A stretch of DNA of 64,000 nucleotides from Saccharolobus solfataricus P2. Its GTDB lineage: Archaea; Thermoproteota; Thermoprotei_A; Sulfolobales; Sulfolobaceae. Positions 20,830-34,189 of the stretch are shown here, in pieces. Position numbers and translations under genes: made by a program. The DNA lies in assembly GCF_000007005.1 (NCBI RefSeq), contig NC_002754.1; one strand, given 5' to 3'. Position 1 is the first letter of the stretch; each line of letters opens with the position of its first letter. Under the pieces are notes generated by a model. That model was not told where the DNA came from. It made no database searches and saw only the letters and a program-made list of their open reading frames with translations.

Positions 20830-22160
20830 CACTGTAAAAATCCCTCTTTCAATTCATTATTTTTTGATAACCACTCCAATACAATTTCCCTATTTTTCTT
20901 ACTCAAGTAAATGAAGTTTCTGCATAATATTTTACCTAGTTCTGATGTTAACTTATTATTTAAAGAGAGAAGTTTGAACAAGTCAAAGTCGTTTATCCTT
21001 CTCCCAATCTGTTCTATAAATAATTTTAAATATTGTTCACGCTTAATCATTAACTCTATTACCTTCTCTTTATTGTCGAAAAAGAATATTGCATTGAAAG
21101 TAGTTAGAAGTCCATTGGCGAAGTTATCGTTAGATAAGGCTAAATCCAAAACCCTATCTTGATCTTCCTTCTTTAATTCATAAGCCTTACCCCTAATGAA
21201 ACCAATGAAGCTTCCCAAAGATTCGCTTATACCCTCTCCAAACCCACGTGCGAAATCGGGGTTTCCTTGAGCTATATTAAAGGCAAGACTCTTTAAATCC
21301 TCAGTCAAATACGCTAAGGAATTTCCGAAATTTCTACCCAAAACTTTAGACAATTCTAAATCACTCTCTCCTATTTTAATTATTATATCAAAGAACTCGT
21401 CCTCTAGTAATGAAAGATCAATCGATGACAGAAAGCCTTTAGCGAATTCCTTATCTTTTTTCACCTTTTCTATGACCTTCCTCTTCCAGTGATACGATAA
21501 GTTTTGAAAGCCTTTCCCTATACCTACGCTAATACTTGAAAAATTGAGTAATTTTTCCTTCATTTTATCATTAACCTCGTAAAGTCTATAACCAATTATC
21601 TCGTCAATTTCCTTAATTTTGTTCAAAAAATTTTCAATATTATCTACCTTGTTTAGGTTCACTGATTGTAAAAACTCATAGAGAAACATCGAGTTATCCT
21701 TAAATATATCTAATATTTGCCTCCTAATCTCAAAAGGTAATTTATCGAATTGCCTTGCAATATTACTCCCCACATTTGGGATATGCTTTATTTGGGCTAC
21801 GTTAACAGCCAATATCTTCATGATATCTGGATATTTGTAAAGTTCCAGATTTGCTAATAATTCCATTGCCATTACTGGGCTTAAATTTCCCAAATAGAGT
21901 ATCAAATCCCTATCTAATTCAATCCCATCCATTCCTTTTGCTATTCCTCTACATAAGCTTTGATAATAGTCACACGACTTAACGAGTGCTTTCAGCGTCT
22001 CCTTATCAATTCTACTTACAACCTTTCCTATACCTAAACCTAACTGATAGAAGTTAACGTCCCTATCCAGTCTATTCCAATTATCGGCAGTTAATATTTG
22101 AATTAGTGCTTTAGCGTAGTCGGTAGGAAGGTTAGAAAGTAAATCTCCTATTCTCTCCAT
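20826..22160 (-). CDS. Hypothetical alpha-helical repeat protein
   Basis: 444 aa, no TM; recurrent G(I/F)G(K/R)xF..L......(N/D)x(E/D)FAxGF units; starts 35 nt after the araD stop. Confidence 0.75.
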   Translation of the reverse strand: MERIGDLLSNLPTDYAKALIQILTADNWNRLDRDVNFYQLGLGIGKVVSRIDKETLKALVKSCDYYQSLCRGIAKGMDGIELDRDLILYLGNLSPVMAMELLANLELYKYPDIMKILAVNVAQIKHIPNVGSNIARQFDKLPFEIRRQILDIFKDNSMFLYEFLQSVNLNKVDNIENFLNKIKEIDEIIGYRLYEVNDKMKEKLLNFSSISVGIGKGFQNLSYHWKRKVIEKVKKDKEFAKGFLSSIDLSLLEDEFFDIIIKIGESDLELSKVLGRNFGNSLAYLTEDLKSLAFNIAQGNPDFARGFGEGISESLGSFIGFIRGKAYELKKEDQDRVLDLALSNDNFANGLLTTFNAIFFFDNKEKVIELMIKREQYLKLFIEQIGRRINDFDLFKLLSLNNKLTSELGKILCRNFIYLSKKNREIVLEWLSKNNELKEGFLQC

Positions 22161-22195
22161 AATAGGAAGTTTTAGTTATTGGGATAAAAAAGAAT

Positions 22196-23317
22196 TCACG
22201 ACTTGCACTTGTACTCTTCAAACACTCCATCTCTAATTGTATAACCTAATCCCGGTCTATCCGGAACGACTAAGTGGCCATTGTCAATTTCAATGCTTTC
22301 CTTGAATATTTTGTCTCTTAAGTCATTTTTCCTTAGATGCATCTCTATCCAAGGCGAATTTAATGCCGCAGCTACATGCAAATTGCCAATAAGCGATATA
22401 CCCCCTGCAGAATAATGTGGGATTAACGGATATCCCATTACCTTGGCCATATTCCCTATTTTCATCATCTCAGATATTCCTCCTGTCCACATTACATCTG
22501 TTTGCACAATATCGACTGCCCTCTTCCTCATTATCTCGTAAAATTCCCACCTAGTATAAGCAGTCTCGTAGCCTGCTATTGGAACTTCCAACTCCTCTGC
22601 TAGTCTAGCACTTAGATCAAGATAATCAGTTTGAATTGGCTCTTCAAAGAACCATATCCCCAATTTCTCTAACCTTCTTCCCATTTCCAATGCTTCTTCA
22701 AACGTGTAAACGTTATTAGCATCCACAGCTATTTTAACATCCTCTCCAACCACTTCCCTTATGGCCTTGAGCCTCTCGATATCTTCCTCCATACTTTTAG
22801 CACCAATCTTTACCTTAATTCCCTTAAATCCCATTTTAACGTAGTACGCTTCCTCATCTCTAAGTTTTTCAAGATCCTTCTTTTCGGAATAGTAACCTCC
22901 AGTTATATACGCTCTTACTTTCCTTTTGCTACCTCCAAGTAATTTATAAATTGGTTTCTTCGCCTTTTTCCCCATTATATCCCATAGGGCAGTATCTACA
23001 CCACTAATACCAGCTATGGCTATTCCTCTTCTACCAAACCTTAAGGTAGCTTTATACATTTTATCCCATAAGTACTCAATGAGTTCCTCGTCTTCCTTAA
23101 GGAGCAACGGTTTCAATATTTTCTCTATTGTAACTTGAACTGCATCTGAACACCCGTAAGCCAACGACTCACCATAACCTACATAACCGTCAGAAGTCTC
23201 GATTTCAGTTGCTACAATCTCCATTGGGTGCTCTGCTAACCCCTTAATTGCTAACGCATCCCTTTCATCGTTTATCCCTTCGTAACATAACTTATACGTT
23301 CTAATATCCTTTATCAT
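22196..23317 (-). CDS. araD: D-arabinonate dehydratase (mandelate racemase/enolase superfamily)
   Basis: DTALWDIMGK, KVKIG, VDAN, FEEP, GYE and PHY motifs; ARA-box upstream. Confidence 0.92.
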   Translation of the reverse strand: MIKDIRTYKLCYEGINDERDALAIKGLAEHPMEIVATEIETSDGYVGYGESLAYGCSDAVQVTIEKILKPLLLKEDEELIEYLWDKMYKATLRFGRRGIAIAGISGVDTALWDIMGKKAKKPIYKLLGGSKRKVRAYITGGYYSEKKDLEKLRDEEAYYVKMGFKGIKVKIGAKSMEEDIERLKAIREVVGEDVKIAVDANNVYTFEEALEMGRRLEKLGIWFFEEPIQTDYLDLSARLAEELEVPIAGYETAYTRWEFYEIMRKRAVDIVQTDVMWTGGISEMMKIGNMAKVMGYPLIPHYSAGGISLIGNLHVAAALNSPWIEMHLRKNDLRDKIFKESIEIDNGHLVVPDRPGLGYTIRDGVFEEYKCKS

Positions 23318-23356
23318 GATAGTAAATAGCCAATTATACTTATAAACATCAATCCT

Positions 23357-23364
23357 AACAAGGT
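23357..23364 (-). promoter_or_regulatory. ARA-box of araD
   Basis: AACAAGGT (+) / ACCTTGTT (-), exactly 10 nt upstream of TTTATAAG on the minus strand. Confidence 0.75.
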
Positions 23365-23410
23365 AAAGTTTGAGAGAAATTAATAAGTACTTTTGCAGAT
23401 TTTATTTTTC

Positions 23411-24634
23411 ATGAAGATTATAAGAGACCCAATCCACGGTTACATTGAGGTTGAGGATTTTGTATTACAGATTATTTCAACTGAAATATTTCAGAGGTTA
23501 AGACATATTACACAAACCGGTTTAGCTTACTTAGTCTACCCCGGAATGAGGCATACCAGATTTGAACACAGTTTGGGAGTTATGCATTTAGCTAAAGAAC
23601 TTACCAGATACATTAAGATAAATTCTGAGCAATATACTGATTTAGATTTCATTAATGAGGAATATTTGAAACTAGTAGGTTTGTCGGGATTACTTCACGA
23701 TATAGGACATCTACCCTTTTCTCACACTTTTGAAAATGCCCTATCCTTAGCCAAAGAGGTTTATGGGATTGATGTGGAATATTATGGTAAGAAAACTCAC
23801 GTTATATTTGGGAATAGAGTCATAGACTATTACTTGGGTAATTACCTAGATAAGCTGTCTAAGAATTACGATGTTGTGAACTTTGTGCAAAGAGTGATAT
23901 CCTCTACTCCAAGGACTAAGGAGGAAAGCCTAGCCTCACTGATAATTTCAAGCCCCTTAGATGCGGATAGGGGAGATTACTTACTAAGGGACTCTTACTT
24001 CGCCGGAGTTGGATACGGAAACTTCGACATTGAGAGGATAAAGAGATCCCTAATTTACGTTAATGGAAAGTTGGCAGTATTGAAAAAGGCCATCCCAGTG
24101 GTAGAGCAATTCCTCTTAGCTAGAATGTACATGTATGAGACCATATATTTTCATAGTGTAGTAGGGTTATATAACGCAGTCTTATCCCACGCAGTTGTTA
24201 AATTGATACAAAAAAATCTTATACCTAATGTTGCTCCTGAAAACTACTTAAAGCTGAATGACGTTGTAATCATGTCTAAATTAAATGAGGCAGGAAGGGA
24301 ATTCTTCGATGCGATAGTATATAGAAAGGGCTTTAAGAGATACAAGAAAGACCTAACTGGTAACTGTTATGAAACATTGGAGAAGAAAAGAAAAGAGATC
24401 AATGAGATAATGAGGGAGAATAATGGATTAATATTATATCATGACTTTTATGATGTGCCGTATAGTGAGGATGAAATTTTTGTTTACGATGACGATGAAC
24501 TAAAACCGCTAAGTACTGAGTCTAAAATTGTCTCATCCCTAACTATTATTAAAAAGGGTATCGTAGGATACCATGAGAGTGCAGAGGATAAAATGAAAAA
24601 AATTTATGAAATTTTACAAGAGTGTCCCCTTTGA
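23411..24634 (+). CDS. HD-domain phosphohydrolase (dNTP triphosphohydrolase-like)
   Basis: RDPIHG, QRLRHITQ, HTRFEHSLG, LLHDIGHLPFSH and DADRGDYLLRD; ATG at 23411. Confidence 0.92.
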   Translation: MKIIRDPIHGYIEVEDFVLQIISTEIFQRLRHITQTGLAYLVYPGMRHTRFEHSLGVMHLAKELTRYIKINSEQYTDLDFINEEYLKLVGLSGLLHDIGHLPFSHTFENALSLAKEVYGIDVEYYGKKTHVIFGNRVIDYYLGNYLDKLSKNYDVVNFVQRVISSTPRTKEESLASLIISSPLDADRGDYLLRDSYFAGVGYGNFDIERIKRSLIYVNGKLAVLKKAIPVVEQFLLARMYMYETIYFHSVVGLYNAVLSHAVVKLIQKNLIPNVAPENYLKLNDVVIMSKLNEAGREFFDAIVYRKGFKRYKKDLTGNCYETLEKKRKEINEIMRENNGLILYHDFYDVPYSEDEIFVYDDDELKPLSTESKIVSSLTIIKKGIVGYHESAEDKMKKIYEILQECPL

Positions 24635-24705
24635 GGATTAATCTCTCATGAGCGTTCATGAAAGCGTATTTGTATGGAAATGATATTACTGTTCAAAAAT
24701 AAATC

Positions 24706-26664
<1,959 letters not shown>

Positions 26665-26898
26665 TCATCATTATGTATAAAAGTACTTTACCCTATAACG
26701 CTCATAACGTTGTCCGATTTGACAAAAATTGGGAAAATTATCACCACTATAATATTTCATGTGATATGATGTGTACTAAATTCAATTGCAAGGAAAGATA
26801 CATATAAAGCAATTTTAGATGATTTTAGTGTAGTTTAAAGCAGAAACAGAGTCCGTAGCTTAATGGTTATACTCTCAAATACATTCAATTGGTCAACT

Positions 26899-27300
26899 TT
26901 AATCTAAAGGAATTTTTATTGTTTCAACTTCTTTAGTCTTTTCTATGTCTTCGTCAGTTGTGATAACTTTCCCTTTGACTTCCTTTGCTGTAGCTATTAA
27001 AAACGCATCAGCTAGTGATAGATAAGAATATTTACTCTTCAATAAAGCGGCATTTTCAGTTATTCTTTCATTAGGAGATATTACTTTAATTGGAGAATTT
27101 CTAATATATCTATGCCTAGCTATCGCAACATCTTTCCCCTTCTTTAAAATATAAATATAGAGGAGTTCAGCTAAATTTACCTCACTCATATAAATTATCG
27201 CATCGCCTGTATAAATTTCTTCAAAATACTTTTTAATTTCTTTTCTTCCGGCAAATAATAAAGATAAAGGTCCTGCATCAAGAACGTATTTCTTTCTCAA
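26899..27300 (-). CDS. vapC: VapC PIN-domain toxin
   Basis: VLDAG, SEVNLAE, SLADAF and TTDED acidic residues. Confidence 0.92.
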   Translation of the reverse strand: MRKKYVLDAGPLSLLFAGRKEIKKYFEEIYTGDAIIYMSEVNLAELLYIYILKKGKDVAIARHRYIRNSPIKVISPNERITENAALLKSKYSYLSLADAFLIATAKEVKGKVITTDEDIEKTKEVETIKIPLD

Positions 27301-27523
27301 CTTCTTTCCTCCTTTCCTTAATTATTTCCTTAGCAATTTCTAAAGCCTCGTCTCCGTCTATTCCAAAAAGATCCAAAAGCGTCAAAGGTTTCTCTATGCT
27401 TATCCTATCTCCATTAACAATTAATTCTATTATATCTCCCTCTTTTATTCCAAGCTTTTCCCTTATTTCTTTAGGAATAACTATTATTCCTTTTTTATAA
27501 ACCTTTACTCTACGTCTTTCCAT
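27278..27523 (-). CDS. vapB: AbrB-type VapB antitoxin
   Basis: KGIIVIPKEIREKLGIKEGD; 23-nt overlap with vapC. Confidence 0.92.
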   Translation of the reverse strand: MERRRVKVYKKGIIVIPKEIREKLGIKEGDIIELIVNGDRISIEKPLTLLDLFGIDGDEALEIAKEIIKERRKEVEKEIRS

Positions 27524-27783
27524 AAATAGATGTTAAATTGTAAGTATAAATGTTTAACTTAGCGCTAGTTAAAAGTTTAACCTATTCTTATCTTTTGGAC
27601 CTTATAGTTTATGCGATTTAGTTTAAGAGTTATTAGTGTGAGAAAGGGCATCATCATTTTCACCCCTCACAAAGGTGAACTACTCTTTACATGTAAAACC
27701 TATTATTATGATGGTAAAGTCGTTCGGATACATTAAAAGTCAATGAAATAAAGTTTATAAAGTACTCAAAAAGATATATCTTA

Positions 27784-29247
27784 ATGTCCGACAATTACGA
27801 TCTAAAATACGCTTATAAAGCACTGTTTATCTTAGCTCCAATAGCGATTGCAGTAATGTACACTGAAGCAATGCTAATACCATCTTTGCCCACGATTGCG
27901 AACGACTTTAACGTTAATTCAGCAACTGTAAGTTGGATTTTAACCGCATATCTAGTTAGCGGAGTAATTTCAAATCCCATTGTAGGAAAACTAGGTGACA
28001 TTTATGGAAAGAAACGTATATTAGTTTACGTAATGATAATCTACACAATTGCAGTTACATTCAATGGATTCGCACCGAACTTTACATTGTTCATAATTTT
28101 CAGAACAATTCAGGGAATTGGATTAGGAATGTTTCCACTAGCGTTTAGCCTAATAAGGGAAGAATTTCCTCCACATTTAGTCCCTAGAGCCCAAGGTATT
28201 GTAAGCGCAATGTTCGGTATAGGCTCAGCAATAAGTTTGCCAATAGCGGCAACAGTGGCTCAAGATTTAGGATGGCAATATAATTACCACTTCATAATAC
28301 CATTTGTAATATTACTAACTTACTTAACATCTAGGGAAATTAGAGAAAGCAAGTACACTAATCCAAACACTAAAATCGATTACATAGGCGCTTTAATATT
28401 GGGACTCTCTTTAGCATTAATGACAATAGCACTTTCAGAGGCTCCTACTTGGGGTTGGTTATCCCTTAACTTTTTAACAACAGTGCTTATTGGAATATTC
28501 CTCTTCTTTGGATTTATACTATACGAAATTAGGGCCCCATTTCCATTAATTTCAATAAACTTGTTAAGGGAAAAGAACGTATTAGCTGCGAATATAGCCG
28601 CATTTGTAGCAGGGTTTGGAATCTTTATGGCGTATCAAGCAATAACTTATCTCCTTGAACTTCCGAATCCAGTAGGATTCAACCTAGATATTCTCACCAC
28701 TGGACTGCTAATGTGGCCCGTATCATTAATGCAAATGATAGGAGCCCTATTATCCTCTAGACTTATACTGAGAACTGGTACTAAATTCATAGTAGTAATT
28801 TCATCCATCATTTTATCGTTCTTCTATTTCATTCTAGGTTTACTAGCAATAGGAGGATCCTCAAATAATCTTGCTACGATAATAACACTTTCCTCCTTAG
28901 CTACGTTAGGAGCTGCAATGCTTAACGTTGTATTAATAAACATCCTAACCTTTTCAGTTGAAAGAAGAGTATTAGGAATTGCGACTGGAATGAATACGGT
29001 ATTTAGACTCATCGGAGGAGCTTTTGGACCATCTATTGCTGGGTCTCTATTATCAACTTACTATCAGTATTTAGTATATCCAATGATACTAAATGGTCAA
29101 GAAACGTTTTTACCAGTTCAACTTCCATCCGATTACGCATTCCAACTCACATTCTTTATAGCATCAGTAGCCGGTTTAATGATGGTTATAATAGGAAGCA
29201 TGACAAGGGATATAAAAATAAGAGGAACTATAGTATCACAAGAATAA
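27784..29247 (+). CDS. MFS drug/H+ antiporter (DHA2-like, 14 TM)
   Basis: LPTIA, GKLGDIYGKKR and FRTIQGIG motifs. Confidence 0.9.
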   Translation: MSDNYDLKYAYKALFILAPIAIAVMYTEAMLIPSLPTIANDFNVNSATVSWILTAYLVSGVISNPIVGKLGDIYGKKRILVYVMIIYTIAVTFNGFAPNFTLFIIFRTIQGIGLGMFPLAFSLIREEFPPHLVPRAQGIVSAMFGIGSAISLPIAATVAQDLGWQYNYHFIIPFVILLTYLTSREIRESKYTNPNTKIDYIGALILGLSLALMTIALSEAPTWGWLSLNFLTTVLIGIFLFFGFILYEIRAPFPLISINLLREKNVLAANIAAFVAGFGIFMAYQAITYLLELPNPVGFNLDILTTGLLMWPVSLMQMIGALLSSRLILRTGTKFIVVISSIILSFFYFILGLLAIGGSSNNLATIITLSSLATLGAAMLNVVLINILTFSVERRVLGIATGMNTVFRLIGGAFGPSIAGSLLSTYYQYLVYPMILNGQETFLPVQLPSDYAFQLTFFIASVAGLMMVIIGSMTRDIKIRGTIVSQE

Positions 29248-29291
29248 TATATATAGTAGTAATCAGCTCTGCAAAAAGCTTTTTCTCGTCA

Positions 29292-30446
29292 TCACTCCTT
29301 TGTCCCAGCCCTCATCATACTGAAGTACTTATTTTTCAAATATTCTAATACCTTAGGAATATTTATTTTCATTGGACATACCTCCCTACAGTTACCGGCA
29401 TGAGAACAAAGTAAAGCTGGTTTATAATCGTTATATACTATACCACTCCACATTGCTCCCATTGGACCAGAATATGGAGGATCACCCCATTTACCATCTA
29501 AAACTCTGTAGACTGGACAATGGAAATGACACCTCCCACATCTTATACAGAGTAACGCTTCCCTCAACACCGGATCTTCATTAGCCTTTCTCCTACCATT
29601 ATCAACCAAAATCAAGTGAAACTCCTTGGGACCATGAGCTGGAGAAACTCTCTTTTGCTCAACATCACCAGTCGATGAAGGACCAGATGTAACGTTTATG
29701 TAAGTTGGGGGATATAAACCAGCATAAGCTGCTTGAACTAAGGCTTCGTAAATTGCGTATTCTAAGTTTGGCAAAATCTTCTCCACACCAGTGATCGAAA
29801 TGTGTACTGGAGGAACTACACTACTCATCCTTATATTTCCCTCATTCTCAACTAAAACAATAGAACCAGCATCTGCAGCTACCGCATTAGCCCCAGTAAT
29901 TCCTATATCAGCAGTTAAGAACTTCTGCCTCAAGAATTCCCTAGCGACTTTAACAATATCCTCATGCTTATCTCCAGGATCTACACCTAATTTCTCCTTT
30001 ATCAGTTCTCTTATCCTCTCCCTAGTCATATGAACAGCTGGGGCAATTATGTGAGAAGGAGGCTCATCAGCGAATTGTATAAGCAGTTCACCTAAATCAG
30101 TCTCCCAAACCTCATTCCCTAAGGACTGCAAATATTTCCTAATCCCCGTCTCATATGCGACCATTGACTTACCCATAACAACCCTCTTACCATTACCGAC
30201 GATTTTACCAACAATTTCCCTAGCTTGCTCAGCGTTTTCCACAAAATATGCCTTACCTCCAATCCTCTCCACAGATTTCATGGTCATCTCTATGTAATAA
30301 TCTAAATTGCTAAGAACCTCCAATTTTCCCTCTCTAACCTTCCTAGCTAGATCTTCTAAATACGGGTGTTCCCTCAGTACCTTAAATACTCTAGGAACGT
30401 TATGCTCTACTCCCCTCTTTATCGCAATATCCCAATCATTCACCAC
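29292..30446 (-). CDS. lutB: LutB-like (LUD + Fe-S) lactate utilisation protein
   Basis: [34 protein letters not shown] and [12 protein letters not shown]. Confidence 0.9.
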   Translation of the reverse strand: MVNDWDIAIKRGVEHNVPRVFKVLREHPYLEDLARKVREGKLEVLSNLDYYIEMTMKSVERIGGKAYFVENAEQAREIVGKIVGNGKRVVMGKSMVAYETGIRKYLQSLGNEVWETDLGELLIQFADEPPSHIIAPAVHMTRERIRELIKEKLGVDPGDKHEDIVKVAREFLRQKFLTADIGITGANAVAADAGSIVLVENEGNIRMSSVVPPVHISITGVEKILPNLEYAIYEALVQAAYAGLYPPTYINVTSGPSSTGDVEQKRVSPAHGPKEFHLILVDNGRRKANEDPVLREALLCIRCGRCHFHCPVYRVLDGKWGDPPYSGPMGAMWSGIVYNDYKPALLCSHAGNCREVCPMKINIPKVLEYLKNKYFSMMRAGTKE

Positions 30447-31335
30447 TTATCACCTCTGCGAAATCGTAAGCCTCCACATAAGGAGAGAGATTAGCATAAC
30501 AGAATGGACAAGCTAAGAGCACCTTATTGTGAACACTCTTTAATGCCTCAGCTCTATTTCTAGCTATCTTATCACTGGTTTCCTTATTTATCGGGGCTAA
30601 AGGACCCCCACAACACATTGAGGTTTCCTTCCCAGTTATCATCTCATCCTCCTTCAATACTATTCCACTACTCTTAATCACTTCCCTAATGGAATCCCTC
30701 ATCCCTAGAAACCTCGAATAAAGACAAGAATCATGAAATACGAAAGTACCCTCACCCTTAACCTTAACGTTTTTAATAAGTTCGAAGTAGTTCACAATCT
30801 CCACATTCCACGATGGCGAGAGCATTTCCTTTATCCTAAAGAGCGTATAATGAGTGTGGGGGTCTACAGTAATTATCCTCTTAACGCCATGGGAGTCGAA
30901 AACTTCAACCAATTTCTTAGCGTATTCCTTAAATTCCTCCACCATGCCCATTTCAAGTAAGATTGTACCACTGTAGGGCTCATCCTCATATAAATAGCCG
31001 AAATCAACACTAGATTTTAGAACTGAAGCAATATTCCTCAAAATCTTATATGAACGTGTATCCTTAGGCTTGTAGAAGACCTTCAATATCGACGAAAATC
31101 TTTCTACACCCTTAAATTTGGATAATGCAGGCAAAATTTCGTCAAATCTCTTTCCCAATTCAGCCAACTGATAGGAACAGCCAGTGTAGATTATCGTCTC
31201 CCCTCCTCTCCTTATATTTAAACCATTAGCCCATTCGTAACAAACACTCCTATTTACCGGAAATGGAAGGTAATCCTCCATTAAATATTTCACTAGATTC
31301 TTTCTAATGAAATTGAGCTGATCTTCGTTTATCAT
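30436..31335 (-). CDS. lutA: LutA-like CCG-domain Fe-S protein
   Basis: YTGC, TVDPH, FHDSC, CCGG and ACPFC motifs; overlaps lutB. Confidence 0.82.
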   Translation of the reverse strand: MINEDQLNFIRKNLVKYLMEDYLPFPVNRSVCYEWANGLNIRRGGETIIYTGCSYQLAELGKRFDEILPALSKFKGVERFSSILKVFYKPKDTRSYKILRNIASVLKSSVDFGYLYEDEPYSGTILLEMGMVEEFKEYAKKLVEVFDSHGVKRIITVDPHTHYTLFRIKEMLSPSWNVEIVNYFELIKNVKVKGEGTFVFHDSCLYSRFLGMRDSIREVIKSSGIVLKEDEMITGKETSMCCGGPLAPINKETSDKIARNRAEALKSVHNKVLLACPFCYANLSPYVEAYDFAEVISGE

Positions 31336-31399
31336 TAAATTGTATTATCAACTCCTCATATAATAAGTTTTTATCCTAACGTGTGTAAGATTATATATA

Positions 31400-32029
31400 A
31401 TGATTGTTAAAAATTTCATTACTGGACCACTTGCAACAAACTCTTACCTAGTAATTGCGGGAAAGGAAGGGGTAATAATAGACGCTGGAGGAGATATGAG
31501 CGAACTAATACAAACAGTGAGAAAAGAGAAAATCAACATAAGGTATATAATAGCAACGCATGGTCACTTTGACCACATCATGGGAGTGAACCAAATAAAG
31601 AGGGACTTCCCTTCATCAACTTTCCTAATTAACGAAAAGGACTTAGGATTACTAAAGAGGGCTAGTAGTATGGCACAGTCTTTCCTTAACCTATTAATTT
31701 CAGATGTGACTAAACCTGACGGTTTTGTAAAGGAAGGTGATGAAATAGAACTAGGAGGGGAAAAGTTGAAAATTATTGAAACTCCAGGTCATACCATGGG
31801 AAGTATCTGCATTATAGCAAATGGATACATATTCACCGGGGATACGTTATTTTACGGAACTGTTGGTAGGACTGACTTAGGTGGATCTGAAAAATTACTG
31901 AGAGAAAGTTTAGAAAAACTGAAGAAATTACCAGATGAGATAATAGTTTACCCAGGGCACGGTCCATTTACAGTATTAGGATATGAGAAAGTAAAGAATC
32001 CTTTCCTAACCATGGACATATTGCCATAA
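31400..32029 (+). CDS. Metallo-beta-lactamase fold hydrolase (glyoxalase II-like)
   Basis: [17 protein letters not shown] and YPGHG. Confidence 0.93.
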   Translation: MIVKNFITGPLATNSYLVIAGKEGVIIDAGGDMSELIQTVRKEKINIRYIIATHGHFDHIMGVNQIKRDFPSSTFLINEKDLGLLKRASSMAQSFLNLLISDVTKPDGFVKEGDEIELGGEKLKIIETPGHTMGSICIIANGYIFTGDTLFYGTVGRTDLGGSEKLLRESLEKLKKLPDEIIVYPGHGPFTVLGYEKVKNPFLTMDILP

Positions 32030-32030
32030 G

Positions 32031-32249
32031 TTAACCCAGCTTACTTTCCAACTTATTTTTCAAATCATCTAAAAACACACTTAACTTCCTAGCCACCTTT
32101 TTCTCCTGTATTGATTGAATCTTATCTGTTATTTCGTTCAAAAGTTCTTCTGCATCTTCACACTCATCACAATCCTCAGATGAACAATTAACACATTCGT
32201 CCACTAACTTTTCAGCCTTATCCAGTAGTTTTCTAACCTCACTTTCCAT
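32031..32249 (-). CDS. Small acidic helical protein with CxxCxxxxCxxC motif
   Basis: 72 aa, DECVNCSSEDCDECED between two amphipathic helices; GAGG upstream. Confidence 0.7.
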   Translation of the reverse strand: MESEVRKLLDKAEKLVDECVNCSSEDCDECEDAEELLNEITDKIQSIQEKKVARKLSVFLDDLKNKLESKLG

Positions 32250-32749
32250 ACCTCTATATATTATGAGGTGCTATATAACCATTTAGCAAGAAATGCCTTG
32301 TTAATGTGTTTTCCTAGTGAACTACAATCATACTCGTTTCTACTAATGTATGATTATACAATTTAGGAATGATTCAATTATTCATTGCGAACTCACTTTA
32401 TTTTCAAAGTTTACTACGAATTTGACTTAATGAAAACTACTGACTAGCAGAAACACGTATTTACCAATATTAACATTTTTATATCTACATTATTCACAAA
32501 TTACAATTGACAAAGGAGGGCTGAATCACCACCAATTTAGATTCTCGACTACCCTTGAATATTCTGGAGAACTCTATAAGCCAGTTTATCCCTACACTAT
32601 CATTTCACTTATTTTATATCTATTCGTAATCAAGTGTAGGGACTTAGTCCTCAACCACCCTTACTGGATCAGGAACTCCTTCGAGTCCAACGGCACAGGG
32701 CTCACATAAATGCTTAACCTCATCCAACCCTTTTTGGAATCGCCCACGT

Positions 32750-34189
32750 CAGTATGGGAATCTCATTTTTCTGATATAAATGATAATATATGTAAGATTG
32801 AACCGTACCAGTTTTATTCAAATATAACTGCATATATTTTATGAAAATGACAGTTAATAAGTCAGTTTTCAATAGCAGAATATAAATATTAGGAATTAAT
32901 TTCACGTAGCTGGAAGGAGGTGCATAGGGTTAGCTGGAGTCTAGGGGAATGGCGTCTTCACTTCACGGAACGCGCGTCCTTGTTCCACTCTTACCTCCCT
33001 AGTGCTTTCAGAAAGTTTATAGCTTTAGACAAAGGATATACCACTAGATCATAGTCTAAGAACTTTTCCAAAATACTACCGATCGAGGAGATTCGAGAGG
33101 GAGACCGAGAACTCCCACAACTTAACCTTCCTCCAAGAACGGATCAAGAACCAGACATTCAAGAGAAGATAGGAAAGCAGAACGAGAACCAGTTCCTTCC
33201 TCACGTCACAAGTCCTAGTCCTGACCCTAAACTCCTCAAGAGAGCGAAAAGCATTCTCAATCCCCCACCTCTCCCTATACATCTCGGCAAGGACTATGGC
33301 ATCATAAAGATCCATCTCCCTCCTCACGAGGAAGGCAATAATCTTGCCGTCTTCCTTCCTCAGAATAATGAGATAAGCTCCACTCCCATGTCTCACGCAG
33401 AGAAATCCAGTATATCTAACTCCGCCAAAACTCACATCCACATCCTGCAACATCCCCTTGTACTTCTTGTACATCTGGGCCTTGGCAGATATGACGAAGT
33501 CCAAGCCCAACTCCAAGAGGAACCTAATCACTTCGTTCACTGCGAACTCCCTGTCCGCGAAGACCATGACGAGCCTCAGCTTGTCCTCCTCCAACTCCTT
33601 CACGATTACCTCCATCACCGCCTTGAAACCTTCAGCTACGTTCTTCACGGTCACTGGGATCACGTCCAAGAAGCTCCTCGTCCTCCCCAGGAGGAAGATC
33701 GCAGCTTGAACCAGTCCCCACGACGTCCCCTTAGTTGGCTTTATCCTACTCAAGAAACTCTTGTCAGCGTGGTATTGAGGTATGGCATGGAAGTCCACTG
33801 CTACCCTCCTGTCCCTGACTCCCCTTAACGTCATCCTCCCCATCTTCCTCAACGCATCCCTCACGTCCTCAACTTGAACCGCGTTCAACTTTCTCAACGC
33901 TCTTCTCCCATCTTTTCCCAACCTGCTCAAGTAGCTCCCACTTGCCTTAAGCAAGGCACTGAGGAGTTCCTCAGGGAAAAGTATTTTAGTGAGGACCGAG
34001 TAAATTATCTTGAGGGCGGACCTGGCGAAGTCCCGGTTGAACTTCGCCGGTTTAGTTGTATTCTCATGTTTCATATGTTCAAGTCCGCCCTCGTATATAC
34101 AAACTTTTCTACAGAAATTCTCATCCTCTCAACTTTTTCTGTATTTCATTCATCTCGTTTTTTACGCAAAAAATGAGATTCCCATACTG
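32750..34189 (-). mobile_element. ISH3-family IS (ISC1225/ISC1359-like; subtype not resolved)
   Basis: 21-bp TIR CAGTATGGGAATCTCATTTTT at both ends; 4-bp TSD ACGT; 1440 bp. Confidence 0.9.
33076..34074 (-). CDS. ISH3-family DDE transposase
   Basis: VAVDFH, VFADREF and YRERWGIENAFR motifs. Confidence 0.93.
   Translation of the reverse strand: MKHENTTKPAKFNRDFARSALKIIYSVLTKILFPEELLSALLKASGSYLSRLGKDGRRALRKLNAVQVEDVRDALRKMGRMTLRGVRDRRVAVDFHAIPQYHADKSFLSRIKPTKGTSWGLVQAAIFLLGRTRSFLDVIPVTVKNVAEGFKAVMEVIVKELEEDKLRLVMVFADREFAVNEVIRFLLELGLDFVISAKAQMYKKYKGMLQDVDVSFGGVRYTGFLCVRHGSGAYLIILRKEDGKIIAFLVRREMDLYDAIVLAEMYRERWGIENAFRSLEEFRVRTRTCDVRKELVLVLLSYLLLNVWFLIRSWRKVKLWEFSVSLSNLLDR

Noticed and set aside
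23411-24634. HD protein as a SAMHD1-like antiviral dNTPase
   Set aside because: The family is widespread in archaea and sits in a metabolic context with no defence neighbours.
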